64,000 bases of DNA. Source: Spirochaetia bacterium. Lineage in GTDB: Bacteria > Spirochaetota > Spirochaetia > CAKZLE01. Positions 60,172 through 64,000 of the stretch are shown here, in pieces. Both the position numbers and the translations under genes were made by a program. The stretch is taken from assembly GCA_963677595.1 (NCBI GenBank), contig OY782041.1:4064001-4128000 (forward strand), in the 5' to 3' direction. The notes below the pieces were generated by a model, which was not told where the DNA came from, did no database searches, and was given only the letters and a program-made list of their open reading frames with translations. Each line of letters begins with the position of its first letter. Position 1 is the first letter of the stretch.

Positions 60172-61497
60172 ATGAGCAATACAACAGGTATCAAAGCCGG
60201 ATGGCTTGTGGTTTCCTCAGAGACGGTACTCAAGGATCATGGGTTCCTCATCGAGGACGGGATCATCACTGATGTGGTCCCCAATGCAAAATTGGACGGG
60301 AAAGCAGGTATCGTCGATGCCTCGGATAAGATCGTGTGTCCGAGTTTCACCAATACCCATACCCATATGTACGAAGTGATGAAGCATGGAGCATTATGGC
60401 CTGCACTGAGCCTGAAACCGCTCCTGGAACAATTCTGGTGGCCATGTGCCGAAGACAGGCAGACCGTCGAGACGATCAAGCTGACAAGTGAGTACGCGAC
60501 GATCGAGCACCTGAGGACCGGGGTCACCATGATCAATGACATCCTCGAAGGACCGAACGCCGAGAACGGCAAACGCCTCACCACTGAGGAAGCCGTGCTC
60601 AACCGTGCCGGTGTGAAAGGTGTGCTGTCGCTGGAATCGAACGAGCGGATCAGCACGGAGAACGGGATCGAGAACCTCACCGAGAACTACGATTTCTGTA
60701 AGACAAGGAAGAACGCCAAGAACATCCGCGGGACGATCTGTACACACACCACCTTCAGTTCATCGATCCCCTTCCTGAAGAAGGCAGCCTCTATGGCACG
60801 GGAACTCGATGAGTTCCTCCAGTGCCATATGAACGAGGGACCGGATGAGGGTAATTACTGTTTCGACAAGTATGGGGTCACCACCGCGGAACTCTATAAG
60901 CAGATCGGGTACTGGAACAAGGACACCAAGGCTTTTGCGAACCAGTGCGTCTGCATGGATCCTGTCGAACTCAGCATCATGGCTGAATTCGGCGTGGGTA
61001 TCTCTACCCAGCCCCTGAGCAATGCGATCTGGGGCAACGGTATCGCCCCGGTCGAGGACATGATCAACTACGGCATCCAGGTCGGGATCGGTACTGATGA
61101 CGGTGAATGCAATTTCTTCGAGCAGATGCGCCTGATCGCCCTCCTGCAGAGAGGAAAGCGGATGCAGCCGACTGCCATGCCGACGAAGACCGTATTCAAG
61201 ATGGCTACCGAGATGGGCCCGAGAGCCATCGGGTTCGACAATGTCGGTACACTCGAGCAGGGCATGAGTGCGGACTTCATCGTATTGTCAGCGGACTCAC
61301 CAGTTCACCTGAAGGAACGCCATATCATTGATGAGATCGTCTGGTACAAGAACCCGAAAGACGTGCTCTCAGTCTACGTCAACGGGGAATGCACCTTCAG
61401 CGACGACACCGTTGCCAACCTCGATGAAGCAAGGATCAAGTCCGAGTTCAAGGACATGAACCGGGACTTCTGGAAGGGACAGCCGTACCAGGATTAG
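60172..61497 (+). CDS. SsnA/deaminase-like amidohydrolase (copy 2)
   Basis: PSFTNTHTHMY, HTTFS, HMNEG, P.SN, IGTDD, MAT..G, G.LE.G..ADF. Confidence 0.88.
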   Translation: MSNTTGIKAGWLVVSSETVLKDHGFLIEDGIITDVVPNAKLDGKAGIVDASDKIVCPSFTNTHTHMYEVMKHGALWPALSLKPLLEQFWWPCAEDRQTVETIKLTSEYATIEHLRTGVTMINDILEGPNAENGKRLTTEEAVLNRAGVKGVLSLESNERISTENGIENLTENYDFCKTRKNAKNIRGTICTHTTFSSSIPFLKKAASMARELDEFLQCHMNEGPDEGNYCFDKYGVTTAELYKQIGYWNKDTKAFANQCVCMDPVELSIMAEFGVGISTQPLSNAIWGNGIAPVEDMINYGIQVGIGTDDGECNFFEQMRLIALLQRGKRMQPTAMPTKTVFKMATEMGPRAIGFDNVGTLEQGMSADFIVLSADSPVHLKERHIIDEIVWYKNPKDVLSVYVNGECTFSDDTVANLDEARIKSEFKDMNRDFWKGQPYQD

Positions 61498-61506
61498 TCA
61501 GGCAGG

Positions 61507-61557
61507 TTTCAGGCTGCAGCCAAGGCAACGGACAGTTGCCAAGGCTGCAGCCTGAAA
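61507..61557. repeat. Long intergenic palindrome inside operon
   Basis: TTTCAGGCTGCAGCC-AA-GGCAAC-GGACA-GTTGCC-AA-GGCTGCAGCCTGAAA. Confidence 0.85.
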
Positions 61558-61573
61558 ACAAGGAAGTATATGA

Positions 61574-63919
61574 ATGAAGAATGACGGATATAGATATATA
61601 TCAAAACCTGTGGAGCGTGTGGATGGTATGCATATCGCCATGGGGGGCCCCGTGTATGCGGATGACCTTGCCCCGGCAGACTGCCTGGTCATCAAACTGC
61701 TTCGCTCCCCCTACCCTTCAGCAGCGGTCTCATCGATAGATGTGGCTGCCGCCCGGAAGATGGAGGGAGTCGCAGCTGTGTACACCTGGGAGGATACCCA
61801 GATACAGTGCACCACCGGGTTTGATTACTGCAAGTATGACCATACCCTGCTGACCAGGGTTGCACGCTATCAGGGCGACCCGGTCGCCATGGTAGTCGCT
61901 GAGGACCTGAAGACCGCAGAGCGAGCTATCGCCCGCATCAGGGTGAAGTGGGAGGTGTACGAACCTCTCACCGATCCGGAAGAGGCCCTGGACAGTGAGA
62001 AGGTGGTCCATGGTGACCAGCTCGGGAAGATCATACGTCACGGAGAACTCAAAGACCCTGAGACCGATTACCATCCTGAACGAAACCAGATCGCACGGGT
62101 GAAATATGATTTCGATGATGTGGACGCGGCCTTCGCTGAAAGTGAGGTTGTCGTCGAGACCCGGATCACGACCCAGCAGCAGGCACACGCCATGCTGGAG
62201 TCACACAGGACCTTCGCCTATATAGACCGGAGGGACAAACTCGTCATCGTCGGGTCACTCCAATCCTCGTTTGCCGTACAGCGCACGGTCGCCGTAGCCC
62301 TGGGCATAGACAGCAGGGAGATCATCGTAACCAAGGCACAGGTCGGCGGGGGCTTCGGTGGGAAGGACATGATCATCCCGGAACTCTTCACCGCATTCGC
62401 CACCTATCGGCTCAGGAGACCGACGAAGATCATCTTCACCCGACAGGAATCCCTGGCAGATACGGGAACTCGGCATGCGACCATCTTCGATATGAAGATG
62501 GGTGCAGACAAGGAAGGGAACATCACGGGGATCGACTCGACGCTCATCATGGACGGCGGCGCATACTCGGATTATTCCTTTGACGTGATCCTGACAGGGA
62601 TCTTTAACGCTTACCCACTTTTTCCGAGGACGAAGGCCATGCGGTTCAACCACCTTGGCGTCATGACGAACAAAGTCCTGGGATGCCCCCTGCGAGGCAT
62701 GGGGGCTACGCAAAACCTCTTCGCGCTGAATCGGGCTATCAGCCAGATCTCCGGGAAGCTTGATATGGACATCTCCGAGATATTCCTGAAGAACATCGGG
62801 ATGGAAGGTGATACCCATCCCCTGCTGAACGGGAACCTCCCTGAGGACCCGCGGGTGATCAACAGCAGTTCGCTCTCACGATGCATCACCAGGGCTAAGG
62901 AACTGATCGACTGGGATACCACCTACCGGAAACAGAAGAACAACGGGAATATCGTACGCGGGATCGGGATGTCAGTGGCATCCCACGCTTCGAGTGTCGC
63001 TCGGGATGACCGCGGAGCAGTCAATGTCACCTTCAACTCTGACGGGTCCTTCACGGTGTTCACCGGCCATGCCGATATCGGGACCGGTTCCGATACCGGT
63101 ATCATCCAGATCGTCGCAGAAGTCCTCCAGATGCCCATGAAGTACATCCATATCAAGGCTGCATGCACCGACACCTCCCCTCATGACAACGGCACCTATG
63201 CCTCTTCCAATATATACCGGACAGGTGGGGCGGCAAAGAAAGCGGCAGAGAAGATGAAGGGGATGCTGATCGAGAACGGCCGCCGTCTGATGGGGCTCCC
63301 TGATGAGGCTGAGATCGAATACGGCGAGAAGGGGTTCTATGCACCTGCGACCAAGGAGTTCCTCTCCATTCCAGACTTTGCCAGGAAGATGGTCTCCTAC
63401 TGGCATGGTCGTGAACAGCTGGTCGCAAGCGAGTCATTCGCCTGCGATGTCGCACCCAGCCCCTATATCGCCTGTGTCGCGGAAGTCGAGGTAGACAAGA
63501 TGACTGGAACTGTCAATCTGCTGCAGTGCATCTCCGTCGTGGACTGCGGGACGGTGATCAACAGCAACTTGGCCCGTGTGCAGGTTGACGGGGGCACTGC
63601 CCAGAGTATCGGCATGTGCCTCTATGAGAGGTTCCCTTATGTGAGTGACGGTCGACTGGCGAAGACGAACTTCCAGTCATACAAGATCCCGTCCCAGATG
63701 GATATCCCGAAGATCAGGACGGAACTGCTGCCGAGTTTCGAGCATACCGGTCCGTTCGGGGCTAAGGGTATCGGGGAGATCGCCGCGAATGCTGCCGCCC
63801 CTGCCATTGCGGATGCCGTGTTCAATGCGACCGGCGTCCATGTCAACTCTCTCCCGATCACTCCTGAGAAGATGTTCCGGGCCCTTTGGGAATCTGAGAA
63901 AGGAAGTGTCCTGTCATGA
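61574..63919 (+). CDS. Xanthine dehydrogenase-family molybdopterin-binding subunit, XdhD-like (module 3)
   Basis: Q.H..LE, GGGFGGK, LRGMGATQ, DIGTG.DT, YASS..Y, Q..GG, GAKGIGE. Confidence 0.92.
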   Translation: MKNDGYRYISKPVERVDGMHIAMGGPVYADDLAPADCLVIKLLRSPYPSAAVSSIDVAAARKMEGVAAVYTWEDTQIQCTTGFDYCKYDHTLLTRVARYQGDPVAMVVAEDLKTAERAIARIRVKWEVYEPLTDPEEALDSEKVVHGDQLGKIIRHGELKDPETDYHPERNQIARVKYDFDDVDAAFAESEVVVETRITTQQQAHAMLESHRTFAYIDRRDKLVIVGSLQSSFAVQRTVAVALGIDSREIIVTKAQVGGGFGGKDMIIPELFTAFATYRLRRPTKIIFTRQESLADTGTRHATIFDMKMGADKEGNITGIDSTLIMDGGAYSDYSFDVILTGIFNAYPLFPRTKAMRFNHLGVMTNKVLGCPLRGMGATQNLFALNRAISQISGKLDMDISEIFLKNIGMEGDTHPLLNGNLPEDPRVINSSSLSRCITRAKELIDWDTTYRKQKNNGNIVRGIGMSVASHASSVARDDRGAVNVTFNSDGSFTVFTGHADIGTGSDTGIIQIVAEVLQMPMKYIHIKAACTDTSPHDNGTYASSNIYRTGGAAKKAAEKMKGMLIENGRRLMGLPDEAEIEYGEKGFYAPATKEFLSIPDFARKMVSYWHGREQLVASESFACDVAPSPYIACVAEVEVDKMTGTVNLLQCISVVDCGTVINSNLARVQVDGGTAQSIGMCLYERFPYVSDGRLAKTNFQSYKIPSQMDIPKIRTELLPSFEHTGPFGAKGIGEIAANAAAPAIADAVFNATGVHVNSLPITPEKMFRALWESEKGSVLS

Positions 63920-64000
63920 GAATACAGAACTATGTACGAGCGGCCTCCCTCGAGGAAGCTTTTAAACTGATAACCACATCTAAGTTCAATAAGATCGTTG
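63916..64000 (+). CDS. Probable FAD-binding subunit of module 3 (YgfM-like), 3'-truncated
   Basis: ATGA overlap with the previous stop; MRIQNYVRAASLEEAFKL resembles an FAD-subunit N-terminus. Confidence 0.7.
   Translation, partial: MRIQNYVRAASLEEAFKLITTSKFNKIV

Noticed and set aside
43971-64000. Selenocysteine read-through in the Mo/Se-associated genes
   Set aside because: All ORFs are full length without internal TGA; the TGA stops at 47714 and 63919 are ordinary overlaps with the next gene
1-64000. CRISPR array, tRNA or rRNA genes
   Set aside because: No regularly spaced direct repeats, cloverleaf signatures or rRNA-like segments seen

Overview
A 64-kb chromosomal window from a spirochaete-like bacterium, inferred from gene order and protein styles (infC-rpmI-rplT-zapB-like-6S-TPR-tsaE-tsaB; mraZ-rsmH-ftsL-murF-mraY-ftsW-ftsQ-ftsA-ftsZ-xerD-dprA-xerC-hslV-hslU). 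Positions 1-43.9 kb are mostly core genes: fba, translation genes, 6S RNA, trxB, glycogen genes (glgA, glgC, two GH57s), secA, a class B PBP, the dcw cluster and recN/nadK. A 2.1-kb ISAs1-family element with a 9-bp target duplication and an unusual second ORF interrupts this region. hslU is followed directly by flhF-flhG, with no flagellar structural genes between them. Positions 43.9-64 kb form an accessory island: three different xanthine-dehydrogenase-family molybdoenzymes, two DHODH/PreA-like FMN-2x[4Fe-4S] proteins lacking the catalytic Cys loop, two SsnA-like amidohydrolases sharing a His-to-Gln change, two YgeY-like M20 hydrolases, a YgeW-like transcarbamylase, an iron-sulfur flavoprotein and a HutC-type GntR regulator with candidate operators. 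The island probably encodes an anaerobic N-heterocycle (purine/pyrimidine-like) catabolic system distinct from the known yge/ygf uric-acid cluster. All calls come from reading motifs by eye; no database searches were run.
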